Assembly (NCBI GenBank): GCA_973895155.1
Contig: OZ316895.1
Span: forward strand, 2,901,659-2,965,658
Reading direction: 5' to 3'
Source of the DNA: Marsupella aquatica
Lineage: Eukaryota > Plantae > Marchantiophyta
DNA length: 64,000 nt
Position 1 is the stretch's first letter. Every line of letters begins with the position of its first letter. This document shows, piece by piece, positions 35,160-47,543 of the stretch. The notes beneath the pieces were generated by a model. That model worked only from the letters and a program-made list of their open reading frames with translations, had not been told where the DNA came from and did not search any database. Made by a program: the position numbers and the translations under genes.

Positions 35160-37309
35160 GGCCACATTTCTTAGGACCTGCACATGCAAGTTGGCTCTTA
35201 AGTTTGTCATAGGTTCCCTAAATAACTTCTAGGGGCTTAATGTAATAGCTGAGCGTTTTTTACTCCCCATTTCCCAAAATAGATTTTTACAGCCCATCTT
35301 GGGAAGTTCTGATTTTAGAGCTGGGCATAAATTTGTTTTAAATTATTTATTATTTAAGATATGCCTCCTTGCATATACCAAAGTGATAATAGGGTCCAAG
35401 CACAAAGAACATACAGATGCTTTTGGAATCCATGTGACGTTCCAAAAGAGGTGGGTGGGAAATATGGGGGCAGTTGTGGGAAATGGGGAGGGAGTAGGGT
35501 TCAGGGCATAAGCTAGCCTAAAAAACTTTTACATGAACCGAAATGCCCCCAAAACAGTGTGATCTATTGAAACTGGCACACCACCACATGTTCTCACTAG
35601 CTACAGTCTCAGCCGAATGATAAAGTAGAGTAAAAAAATAATTTGGTCAGAAAAACTAGACGGTCATCCACAAAAGTCTGCAAACAAATAAACAAAAAGG
35701 GAGCCACCCTCCAAAGCAGCCTTTTTCTTAGTGGCCGAAATTTACCAAATTTCACCTCCCCAAAAATATTTGGCCACTTTTGGCCAATATTGACTACTAA
35801 TTCTCTGTCTCATTAGTCCCTGTTCCACGTAATCACTGGATACATTAACCAGAATCTAATGATCGCGTTAAATCTAGGGAGATCTGACGGTCAAGAAATT
35901 AATTGAATAGTGAATCTTTTAAGCATCTTCTCCTTCACGCACCATACATTCGCCATTGTTGCGAAAAAGTAAAATACTTAAAAAATACGCTGCTCCAAAG
36001 GTCTGGAAAGAAGAAAAATACATTAGTCTTTGTTCAGAATCCAGAACCTCGTGTACTGTAGTTACCATTACGGCGTTCCCACCTTTGCATATATTCCTTT
36101 TACTGTCCAGTACTAGTAGTAGTACTACAGTACGTGCTTTGTTCCTCGTTCCGATTGCGTTGCGTTGCGTTTCCGGGCAGCGGGACTAGGCAGCAGCCGG
36201 TCAATATGCAGGTGACCTGAGGCTTTGATGCTCGCTGCTCCCATTGGCCGCGCTCCCGAATCTGCGCTGACATTCTGTTTCTACGGGCACTGCGAAGAGA
36301 TTTTAAGGATCTGAGATTGATTAACCCTTTAAATCTCTCTCAATCATCTCGTTTCACTTGTGTGCGACCCCTCTGAATATCTCTGAGATGCACACCGCTA
36401 ACTTCACCGGAGTCCGGAGCGCTGGCCGAGCCGCCAGTTTAGCTACACAGGTAACGAATCGCCTTTCGACTTGCCGGGCGGGTAACTAGGCTGTCGACAT
36501 CCGGCTCCGACCGGTACTGTTCCCGGGGAGACGCGATGGACGAACTCGGCCGTTCGATGGCCGGCCGTCTGCCTGCCCGTCAGTGTTGGAGAGGACAGGG
36601 AAATAATATTCTGTGGGTCAGTACGATGACTGGAGCAGGAGTCAACGCGCATGGGTCTTGCGGGGGACCGGCGGTCGGTAATGGGATCCAGATGGTGTTG
36701 TGGGGCAGACCGCGAGAGGGATGGCGACAGCAGCAGCACCTGACCGTGATATCTCAGGCGGGCAGGAGGGGTCGGGCAGCAGAAAACCTCGGGCGAAGAA
36801 TCCCGTCGGAAAGGAGGTGAGGTGGTCCGGTGCCGAACGAAGGATGGGGGGAATAACTGTTCACGGTCGGGAGTCCGGCCAAATTCTGTGCCAATTATAG
36901 CGGGATGGGGAAACGATTGCCCAACACTGCAGATGTTTTTTAGAGAGAGAGAGAGGGGAGATCTTGCGTTTGCTCCTGTCGATGAGGAAGCAATAAAATA
37001 CGACGACGACGAATACAGTGGTTACGAGTGGATCATGAGCTTTGCGATGACTGATGAGGTGAAGTGCAGCGGCCGCAAAGGGGTTTGCGGTGGTGCGATT
37101 CTGCTGAAGTGCTGAATTTGCAAACTTACTACTGCTGCAATCCACTAGCGGACACGAACCCTCGCTGCAGCTCGCCTCTCCTGTCCTCTCCAACCTATAT
37201 GTGAAGGTGCAGTACGCGATCCGAGCTGTTGTTGATTGAGATTTGGGAGCGCAATTGATTTCGCTACTCTGCGGCTGATGCTGGATTTGTGCTGATGCTG
37301 GATACGTGC

Positions 37310-37345
37310 TGCCTGCCTACCTGCCTGCCTGCCTGCCTGCCTGCC
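37310..37345. repeat. (CCTG)n microsatellite in the KANADI upstream region
   Basis: gcctgcctacctgcctgcctgcctgcctgcctgcct. Confidence 0.9.
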
Positions 37346-38840
37346 TAGCCTTCCAAGAGTTGTCGTCGTGCACTCACGGAAGATCCATCCTTACTGCCAT
37401 CATCTCTAAGTGTGGTTTTGGTTTTGTTTCTCCCTGAAGACGATACGATACGCGAGATATCCATTTGTGTCTGTCTGTCTGTCCCTCGTCTCAGTGGTGA
37501 GCGCTCTGGAGAGAAAGGATCGAATCGTATGCTGTGTGTAGTGAGAAAATCTGGTGCGACTGCTGTATGTCGTTTTGCGTTGCTAGTTGTGACTCGATCG
37601 ACTGTGCTTGCCGCTGTCGATAAAGCCCCGACTTGTGTGGTGCCGAGCTCGTTGCATTGTGGGGTCAGGTTCGCGTAAGATTTGCTTCACGTTTTGAAAG
37701 GGTCTCGTATCATCCGAGGATTCCCTGCTGGAGTGAAAGAACGATCGACGGATTGTGGACGATGTGGATTGAGGCCGAGAGCGCAATCATAATATTCTTG
37801 TAAAGTTCCGATTCTGTGAAGAAGGGTTTCGGACGATTCGGGTGGATGTCTTTCTGATGCGGCGTAAAGTTTTCGGGTGTAGCTCTGTGGTATAATCGGT
37901 GCGTACGAGGTTAATGTTCATTCCGCGGTATTCGAGTGCCTGTGTATGAAGCTTAAGCTCCACAGCTCCCTCCGCGCATTTCCGCATCCTCTCTTTCTGC
38001 CTTGGCAACGGCTTCGTCATTAACGCCCCGGACATTTCGCAGTTCTGTACTCTCCCTCATCACCCTTCAACTCCACCTGCGTGTCGGACTGCAACTGACG
38101 CCTATCCAGCTGCTGCTGAGTGAGCCTCCCCCGACTTCGTTGTCTTTCCGAGCATAGTTTCTGGGAGTGAAAAAGAGGTTGTGTGGTAGTCGTGTGTGGC
38201 GAAGGAGCTGATTGAGCACTTCGATTGGAATCGGTGAATCTGAGGCACTCTATGGGTTACGGGACCACCTTCTCGACGTCTACAGTCTCCGCGCCTGCAC
38301 TCTCTCTCTTCTGAGCGGCCAGCTCTCCTGGTCACTTTCTTTTGAGCCTCGGTTCCTCCCCAACCGACACGCTGGACATCACATGAAAATATGTCTTCCG
38401 AGGTCATCTGATCTCCTCGCCTCTCCAAATCAAAAGCTGCCTTGCGCTGCGAAGTCAACGCTCTTCCTCGCGGCTCGGCTCGGCTGGGTTCCGATCTGAT
38501 CAAAGGACGACGGTGTGATTTCTGCTGCTGCTGACGCTAATTTATCTTCGCGCTCGAGTTTCTATGGCTGCTCAGTTTACCTGCTGCTCGGCATCGACGG
38601 TGGAGTCACCGTCGTCGTCGATGCCCTGATTGGGAAGGAGGAGCTTTGCTTGGCCTGGAGGTATTTTTGCTTGTTTTCTGTACAGATTCATTAACATTAC
38701 TGCCGGAAGACGGAAGGAAGATCCCTTTGGTAAGGAAGGAAGAATCACCGAGTTCACGAACCGAGATCACAGGTGGTCCCGCTTGAGAAGGAAAAGTAGA
38801 TATCAGGAGCCAGCGCTACAGCCCGGAAGCTGGTCTCAGC

Positions 38841-41800
38841 ATGCTTGAAAACTCCCACTTGAGCATGCCCAATATTGTTACGCAATATTGCCCGGATTTA
38901 TCTCTTCAGATAAGCCCACCGTGCAGCAGCAACACTCCTTTCCTACTCAAGCCCCAGAAAATTCCTGACAAGATTGACGACGACCGAGGGTTCGACTTAT
39001 GGAAGGCAACTTCGAACCAGCACTGTCAGCAGCAGCAGCAGCAGCGACCTGCGACCAGCGTGCTGAGTGAGAGCTCCAGCAACTGCAGCAGTGCCAGTGC
39101 CAACCTCAAGAGTCACCCAGATGGAGCGTCGACGAAATTGTGTCTTGCCAATCCTTCTTCCTCTCGTCTTCCAGAAGTGAACAACACCAACAACTCCAGA
39201 GCAACCTCTATTCCAAGTTTTTGCAAAGAAGGTGGTCCTAAGCAGCCACCTTTAGCAGGTCAGATAATACATCAGGCCAGTCAAGCCCCTCCTTTCCTTC
39301 AGGATTTGCACGCGGCCAAGCCCGCGGATTCCGGCACACTCGTCTGCAGCAACAATGGTACATCGAAGTCGATCTTTCTCGCCCCTTTCCGATCAGACCT
39401 CAACGCCAAGTTCGAGCCTTCCACGGGATACAGCAATAGCACTGGCAACGCAGGAATGTGCTACACGGGTTTCAACCAGCAGGATGTGCAGAAGCAGCAG
39501 CAACCAATTGACCCCAAAAGCGGAATTCCTAGTCGCAGCGGAGGGCGAGTGGAGATCAGTGGTGGAGGGGATAACTTAGTCAACATGGGGTTGCGGGTTT
39601 CCCCACCCACCTTTAACCAAACTCATCTGCCTTACGGCAACCCCAACAATGGTAGCAATGGGAGCATCAGCGTGAGAAATTCGCCTCACCGTGGCCACAG
39701 TGATACATCCGAGGCTCCCTTCTCACAAATTTTGAATCTTTCGACGACTGGGAGTCATTTCTCCAACGGGGAAGCAGCAACTGGCAGTCACTCGGTGGTA
39801 GCGGAGAACAATCACCGCCTGAGTCTTCTCATGAACAAAGTCACCGACGGTTTTACTTCAGTCAGTCCTGCAGCAAATGTGGAGTCCTCTTCCATGACAC
39901 CTCAACTCAGCACAGGCCCTCGCTCTTCCGCTAATGCGCAACCCAGCACTGGTCTGCTGGGCGATTCTCAAAGCAGCATCGTTCGTTCCAGATTTAAGAT
40001 ACCCACCAAGAGGAGCATGCGAGCCCCCAGAATGCGCTGGACCAGCACACTTCACGCCCACTTCGTACACGCGGTTGAGCTGCTTGGCGGCCATGAAAGT
40101 AAGTGCTTTCCCTGCTCCTCTTCTGCAAATAGTCATTGCTGTAACACCCTCAGGAGAGAAGATACCCGCTGCCTTTTAATTCACGGTCGTTCGTTTGCAA
40201 TTACTCCAATGAAAGACTATCGGATTATCGTTGCTTGCAACGACGGGGTTCTTCTGAACTCTTCCGATGCGCATCCGGGGACGGAGTTGAAGGCATTAGA
40301 TGTCGACGTACTTTTCGTTCGTGGAGTCATTCGCGTAATTGCATCAGAGATTCAGGGTGGGTACCGATACAAGGCGGGTCCCCGTGCGCGGAAGCATTCT
40401 ATTTGTGCTCGTGGACGACGGCATGTGTGGCAGTTTGTTCGTGACCTAATTACGTTGATGGGACTCATATTTGTCACTGTCAAATCTTAGCTGATTTTGG
40501 TCTCTTAGTCGTACGACTTTGTTCGGAAGGTTGGTGGCTACCATTAATGATGGGATTCTTGTCAGAAAGTGGTAGTCCAAGCACAGTTTTGGTCACTGGA
40601 CATCTCAACTGTACTACTTCTCCGCCGAGCTAAGTTCTGGACTCCTGGTCTCTCGTCCTTTTCATCCTCTTTACTAAGATCAATTCATACGACATTGACG
40701 AGGGCGGTGGTGACTGTCATGTGGTTTTATCTCAGGAGCAACGCCTAAGTCTGTGCTAGAGCTGATGAATGTCAAGGACCTTACTCTGGCGCACGTCAAA
40801 AGTCATTTACAGGTTAGTGTTTGTCCCTTTGTCCTCAAAGAAGTACTGCAGGAGTTCGCACAGTTTTTTAGCTCGAACGTTTGGGTAAATTTCTGTGTTA
40901 GAACGGAAAACATGTGTGGGGATGGTAACATCCTTGTGCAAGGATGTCCACAGGGGTGATCACATCGGTTCTTCTTGAGCCCATTCTTGAACTCATTTAG
41001 AGGGTGAGAACTGCCGTAGAATTGAAAGAATATATCTGATATGCAGTGTCTTGGTGTGTACAACGTCCACATATTGTTCCATGGTTTGAGTCATTCCAGT
41101 GTCAGATGTGATGATGTGGTTTTCTCAAATTTGAGATATATCTAAGCCGCGATTTGCGCTCAAGTCGATGGTCTTGTGTTTGTAGAATTGCATTTGTATT
41201 GTACGCCACGCTTCCTAGTTTCTTGTACGTGTAACAGCATGTGCTCAAAGGCGCATGCTCCTTGTTTCCAATTGAGTGATTGGGTTAACTATAGTCCGAT
41301 TTGATGATCTTGACGCTTTAAGAAATGCCTATTGCAGATGTACCGCACGGTGAAAACAACGGACAAGCCAAACAATACTTCAGGTACTGTCTGTGATCCA
41401 ATTGAGTGAGTGTATGAAGGCTTCTCTACAATCGCGTGTTGATTTTCGAGGTTGGAAGAGGTGACTCGTCCAGGCTGCCCTTCTCCTGGATATGATTGTC
41501 CAATGGACTCGGATTAGTATCGGCGTCTGGAGTGTTATATTTGGAGTGTCTGGGCGTCTTGAAAGTGATGGATAGAGATTTGGACTCGGGAGTTTCTTTG
41601 TGTCGCAAGCGCATGTGTCGATATTACAATTCGAACCGGAAAGCAAAACTATAGTAGGAAGATTAGACCTCAAAGTGACAGTGGGATCTGCCAGAGTTAT
41701 TGTACGTGTACCCTGGCACTTCTGCACTGGTTTGTGCACAAGTCCGTGGTGCTCAGCAGTGGACTTCCTAATGCAGTAAGGCGCGATTGCACACCGCTAA

Positions 41801-44652
41801 GAAATGGATATACGAGCCGAAGAAGGTTATGATAGAGACGTTTAGCACATCTGCATAGAATTTATAGTACCATGCTCCTGTTCTGATGCTTGTCCTGCCG
41901 AGCTAGCGGGGTTTACTCTATCCCTATCCTCCGGACATCGATGACGTTCTTTAGCAGATCAGATGTTTGGCCCTAGATGTCTGTTGACATTGCATTCTCC
42001 CGTCATCTTGTGGTCTCTCAATGTAGTGTCCGATTTCAGGATGAGGTCCACCAACCTCCGTAGTAGTTCCTCTCTCCCCGGAGCGGGGTACAGCGTGTCC
42101 TCTCTACCTACTTTGCTCTGTCCATAGACTTGGCTCTCCGTATATGCTCAAGGTGTGAGCTGTTATGTTTATCGGAAGTACTGCAGTTTAGAGGGTGGTA
42201 CTGTCTTGCATTACCGATGAGGAAAGGAGGATACCATATCTACTCGTAGTCCCACGCAGCATTAGTCAACAAAGTAGATGGCTGCAAATTCTCAACGTCA
42301 GTCTGAAGGCTGACTGTCCTTGGAGAGAATAGTTTCCGTAGGTATTCCATAGATTTGCTACCGACTGGTGAGCAGAAAGGGTGCACCCAACTCTGATGAA
42401 GGTGTGGGACTGTGAGCTTCTTGGGTAGGGGGGAGGGAGCAAGATGGGAAATCTGAAACCTAGACACTGTAAGGAGGTTGCGTTGATGAGGACAAATTTG
42501 ACGTTGGTTTTGGTTGTTTGGTAAAAGGTACCTTAGTTGTTGCTTCTCCTTTAATAAGAAAGGATCCTTGGTTTAAAAGTGATCTGTGCAGGTCAGGGAG
42601 AACCGGCAAGCGAGATAGTGACTGGTGGTTGGAAGGCCGACGATAGTGCAAACCCAATTGTGGTAGACTCCGACTCCGGAGGGCAAGAGGACGACACTCT
42701 TGGAGAGTCAGGCAGCGACGATGCTCACCACGGAGAAAGTCTTTTTTCTTTGCACGTTAAGCAGCCGCTGCAGGAGTACCCCAGAAACTTGTGGGCCAAC
42801 CCTGACAGGTAAATTGTTAAGAACTCTGACAAGGAAGCGCCACCCCACCACCTCCGATCTACTGTTGGATGACCAATTGTGCCTTTCGTCACACATTCGT
42901 CAAAAGATTCGGATTGCCTGTGACACTTACCTTCTTTAGCAAGTAGTCTGTTTTGTCAAAGTTTGCACCGTTGTCCAAGTAATGTGTTGTTTAAGGACTA
43001 GTTTATTGCCTCCCCACTGATTGCTTGTGGTGCCGGCCCATCTATATGTAGTCTGGAATAGGTATGCATAGTGTCTCTTCTCGTCGAGATGTCGTCATTG
43101 TCGATGTGAGACATCTCAGAGTTGGATGTCTTCCACATTAACTAACTTTTGCCGTTCCATCATTGGCTCTATGTGACCAGTGTTGGTCAAGGCGTTTGGT
43201 CAGCACGAGAGGTAGCCAAAACGGGTGGCTTTCTCGGGAGGCAGGCTAGCAATTCTAGTGAAGCAGGCTCGTGGCAGCCCAGCACTATTCCTGTGCCCAG
43301 CTTTAAGGTACTGCCTCACCATGCAGCAAACCGTGCTCTGCATTCTCTCATCAAGTACCGCTGTCTCATTCTGCGACCTGGGTATGGCTGTCCACGTACT
43401 CCTTGCCTGGATTCGATGTGCCAATTTGGGGAGCCTTACATCACCACTGCTCTAGTCGTAGCGAGTGAGCTACTTTCTACATCTACACGTCTGCTCCTGG
43501 CCTGCTGCCATAACTTAACATACTGTTGTGCTGGGTAATGTCTGTTAAAGTGTCATCTGCTGCCACATAATCTGGAATAGCAAGTAGGTTACCTACAATT
43601 AATTTCCTCTTATCGTGTTCGAATGTGCCCGTCTCGAAGTAGCCTTCGCTCTAGTGCTTCTTTCTACCCGAAATGATTCCCTTACCAGAGTCATAAATGG
43701 AGGCAGGATGAACAGTGATTTGCGGTAGGTGGGTTCAGCTTTGGAAGGAGATTGCGACCGTCGATTGCGACCCTTAAGATATCGGGAGGATAATCGATTG
43801 TTTTGATAGAGTTCAATTTTCCTCATTCGCTAAAGCTGTAGTGCGCTGCAAGATATACTTTTATTTTGGTTCTGTAATGATTGAAGAATGGGCCACGGCG
43901 CTCTCCGTACTGGCTTTTAGTAGCTTGCCTGCCTGTCTATGACCTTTCTTGGTAAGGCTTTTCCTGGTTTTGGGCCCGCCTAGATTTTGGATCGACGTAC
44001 CTGCCAAGCCTTCGTCACGCCATCGGAAGGCCGCAGCGCACCACTGGTTGCTTCTGTAGACTGGGCAAGGGGGCTCCAGCTCCTGTTAAAGGAACCGGAT
44101 GTTGTTGCTTATCAGCTCCGAGCTTTTAGCAACTAGGGGCGCCATAGATTGGGCAGACCTCTGTTCATGACACTTAATATTTAATTGTTTAAAGAGCTGA
44201 GGGTGTGATTCTGATTGAAATTTAGTGGTCTTGTGGTAGTTTTACTACCTACGGATGGTGAAGTATTTTGTGAACGGCTAATGATTCTTCATTGCTGGTC
44301 GGGATACATCTCGTGAGTGAGTGATTGATGGAATTTTGGTTCATGTACTCAGGTGAGAGACGGAGTAGCGTCCAGACATTATGGCCACGGGATGATGTTG
44401 GAGCAAGCGGCACACTACGATTCAAACATGGTGGAAGCCGTGGCTTGTAATTCGGTGCAGTCAGTAAGCCAGCGTCTGCAGTTTGCCGGTGCTTCAGCCC
44501 TCTCGCGTCTCGTTTCTTCTCAGATCACCACTCAGTACCATCACAACCATCACATTACCAAGGTGCCCAACTTGGAATTCACGCTCGGACGACCAGGGTG
44601 GCATGACCATGCCGATTCACCACCGACTGAGCTGTTGCTCCTCAAGTGTTAA
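38841..44652 (+). CDS. KAN: KANADI-class GARP (MYB-SHLQMYR) transcription factor; predicted exons 38841-40098, 40736-40812, 41338-41383, 42592-42808, 43181-43307, 44353-44652 (674 aa)
   Basis: Spliced GARP domain [65 protein letters not shown]. N-terminal PDLSLQISPP and C-terminal PNLEFTLGRP and ELLLLKC motifs. All five introns are GT-AG and phases sum to 2025 nt. Exons 4-5 are less certain. Confidence 0.93.
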
Positions 44653-44768
44653 ACACTTATTTTGCTGAACAAGCTAGCAAGAAGCTATGAGTCTCGCTCT
44701 TGATTTCCATTTATTGTGAAGGAAGCTTGTAGGATTGAGTGCGAGTCTCTTCGGACTTCCGTTTGACT

Positions 44769-44866
44769 ATGCTTAAGGCGAATTATCATATAGTGGTGTC
44801 TGATAATATAAATACGCATGCTTAAGCGAATTATCATATCAGTGGTGTCTGATAATATAAATACGC
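44769..44866. repeat. 49-bp tandem duplication in the KANADI 3' region
   Basis: atgcttaag(g)cgaattatcatat(c)agtggtgtctgataatataaatacgc occurs twice. Confidence 0.9.
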
Positions 44867-45569
44867 GTCGATGTGTTAGTGAAGTGACAAGCCTCTGATC
44901 TGTAATAATATATCATTCCATTGAAAATGTACTCTGAGGCTCCGACGGAGAGGAAATGATAGGCGAGAAGAGTGTGTGCGTGACAGGTCTGTGGCGGACA
45001 GGCAGAGTTTAGAGACACAGCCACCTTTTTATCTTCTACTTTGGTACACTAAAATAAGTCTGGCAAAGGTACAGCTAAACGTGTGCATTGTACTGTATAT
45101 ACAGACCTGTTGTTATTCCGGTATCGGTATCTTGTGTACACTCGAAATTCATGCATGTTTGTCCCTTCGATATCTCATACCATTCTTTCCTTTTCCCTTT
45201 CGAGTAGAGTTATCTAGGACCACTTCCTGCATGGCTCTAGGTATATATCCTCATATGCCAAATAGAGAGCAACCCACAGGGCAACGAATTGCGAGTCCTC
45301 ACTTACAGTAAACTAGGCACCGAATTTTAATGGATTGGGATTGCCATGTACTTTGGTCCAGTTGAAGGCTACAGTGTGTGTCAGCTATGGAGGAACCATA
45401 GGAGTACTGAGTTGACAGAACAGTGAGTGTATTCATTAGGCATGTCAAAGCACAGTTGTATCTGAGTTACTGTTTAGGAAATAAAACTTTCATTTACGGC
45501 CAGGACAGAATCATTATGGGTTACCAAAATATATACTTTGTATATGTAAGCCACAACCAAAGTGTTACG

Positions 45570-45934
45570 GGGAGAACTTTGACATGCCCTATTGGCAATT
45601 GGCGTGGCTCCCAAGTTGACATGCCCTATTGGCAATTGGCGTGGATCCCAAGTGATAGGGAGAGAACTTTGACGTGCCCTACTGGCAATTGGGGTGGCTC
45701 CCAAGTGACACACTTTGACATGCCCTATTGCAATTGGCGTGGCTCCCAAGTTGACATGCCCTATTGGCAATTGGCGTGGCTCCCAAGTGATAGGGAGAGA
45801 ACTTTGACATGCCCTATTGGCAATTGGGGTGGCTCCCAAGTGACACACTTTGACATGCCCTATTGCAATTGGGGTGGCTCCCAAGTGACACACTTTGACA
45901 TGCCCTATTGCAATTGGCGTGGCTCCCAAGTGAC
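45570..45934. repeat. Compound minisatellite: 8 copies of a 36-37-bp core with three linker states
   Basis: Core ttgacatgccctatt(g)gcaattgg(c/g)gtggctcccaag at 45579, 45616, 45669, 45715, 45751, 45804, 45850 and 45895. Linkers are none, tgatagggagagaact or tgacacact. Confidence 0.95.
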
Positions 45935-47543
45935 AGGGTTTCGGTCTAGTAAGGGACCTTTGTCAACCATTGCTTTGGTTGAATTCCAAAGATCACACAA
46001 TGAACATCTAGAGTAGGTACTTTCCCATATATTCCCCCACTATGCACCTCCCAACTTTTAATTCATTATAATGGACTAATGTCTACTTGACCTACTTACC
46101 CATATACTTCCCTGGGCATGCAACGCCCCTTTTTATAATGCAAATTTTTAATTCATTATAATGGCCTATTATCTAATTGACCATAGTAGATTTAATTTTA
46201 GTCTTTTACCTCTCCATTTAATGAATCCAAAAATGTAACTTTAAAGGGAAACCAATTTTTTTATGTAAAAGTGTTTTATCAAAACCAAATTATATAATCA
46301 ACTTTTTAATTCTTATAAAAACGTAGACCCTACCTATTATACAAGAGTTGCCTACCTTGGATACTCCCTCCATGTTGAAAAGAGGAGATTGACCAGGTCC
46401 GTCTAGAAATAAACATGGCACCTTGACACTAACATAACTAGGGGGAATTCACAAACTAGTTGTACATTCATGCAATTGATGTTGCAGCAAAGGTACGCAT
46501 ACTGTATTTTGACCTATATGTATAAAGGAATTGCTTGCAAGAGATGTAAAGCAGTCTCGTTTTTTAGTTTCACAATCTATATCTAAGACCTTCATGCAAT
46601 ATCCTGAGATTGGGAGGCTTTAATTCACAAGCCATGTCTGAGACCTTCATGCAATATTCTCCACAAGTCAGCATAAGATCTGTGCATATCATCCCCTTCA
46701 CATCGTAGAGTATGTACTTTGCATAATGATCAACCAAAAGATTCCTGAGATTGGGAGGCTCTGAACGCAGGTGCTTCTCATATGAGTCTATTCCATTCTC
46801 TTTTTGTACAAGAATGTGAAATAATAATCACTTGAGTGGGACCTGGTGGTCTACCCAAGGTGGGCAGGGGATTGGTGCTTAAGGGAATCACTTGTGTGGG
46901 ACCTGGTGGTCTAGCTCCAGTAGCAAGGGGAGTGGAACTTGGGGCCAAAACCCCTCTTGCACTAGGTGTAAGTGAGGTTGGGGCATGTTTGGGGTGGGCC
47001 AAGTGCCATGCAAATCTGATCATCTGATCAAACACGTACTATAATATTCTCTTCGGCTCAAATTTACATGCACTTTGTTTACAAACTTGAAAAAGGGGGA
47101 ACAACACACTACATTCACAATACGTATTCAAAGGTTTTTGACACCCTTAGGTTGACTCAAGTACACAAGGGACATACTTGACTTTACAATAAGTAGGCAC
47201 AGCGTACTGACTACAGTATATTTATTCTAGAAAAAATTTCTACATAATGCTTTCTGGCATGTAACTTGTACATGAGAAGTACATTGATATGAAATTTTTG
47301 TTGCCTCACTGTTTAAATCATCACTAGAACATTTTGGGCATGTTTTTGATACTCAAACGGTGCCTTTTTTGATCCACCCAAAACCAAAAGCTTTGGACCA
47401 TTTTTTATATTAGTCGTATTGTAATTTCTGATACTCCCTAAATCGGAAACAATTATTCCAATTGTAAATGCATTGCAAACGCTCTCCCATATAACTACCT
47501 TCGGATCATGTCCAAACTTATTAACATCGCAAATAGAAGCCAA

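Noticed and set aside
38630-38848. 72-aa ORF overlapping the KANADI start as a uORF
   Set aside because: It begins with TTG, not ATG, and has no other support.
36150-44700. Conserved MIRNA hairpins (miR166, 160, 319, 390) near or in KANADI
   Set aside because: No mature-sequence match was seen by eye. A formal scan was not possible.
45570-45934. CRISPR-like array (36-37-bp repeats with intervening sequences)
   Set aside because: The linkers are 0-16 bp and themselves repeated rather than unique. There are no cas genes and the context is plant nuclear DNA.
45423-46016. 197-aa (+) and 151-aa (-) repeat ORFs
   Set aside because: Open frames are explained by the minisatellite periodicity. There is no independent coding evidence.
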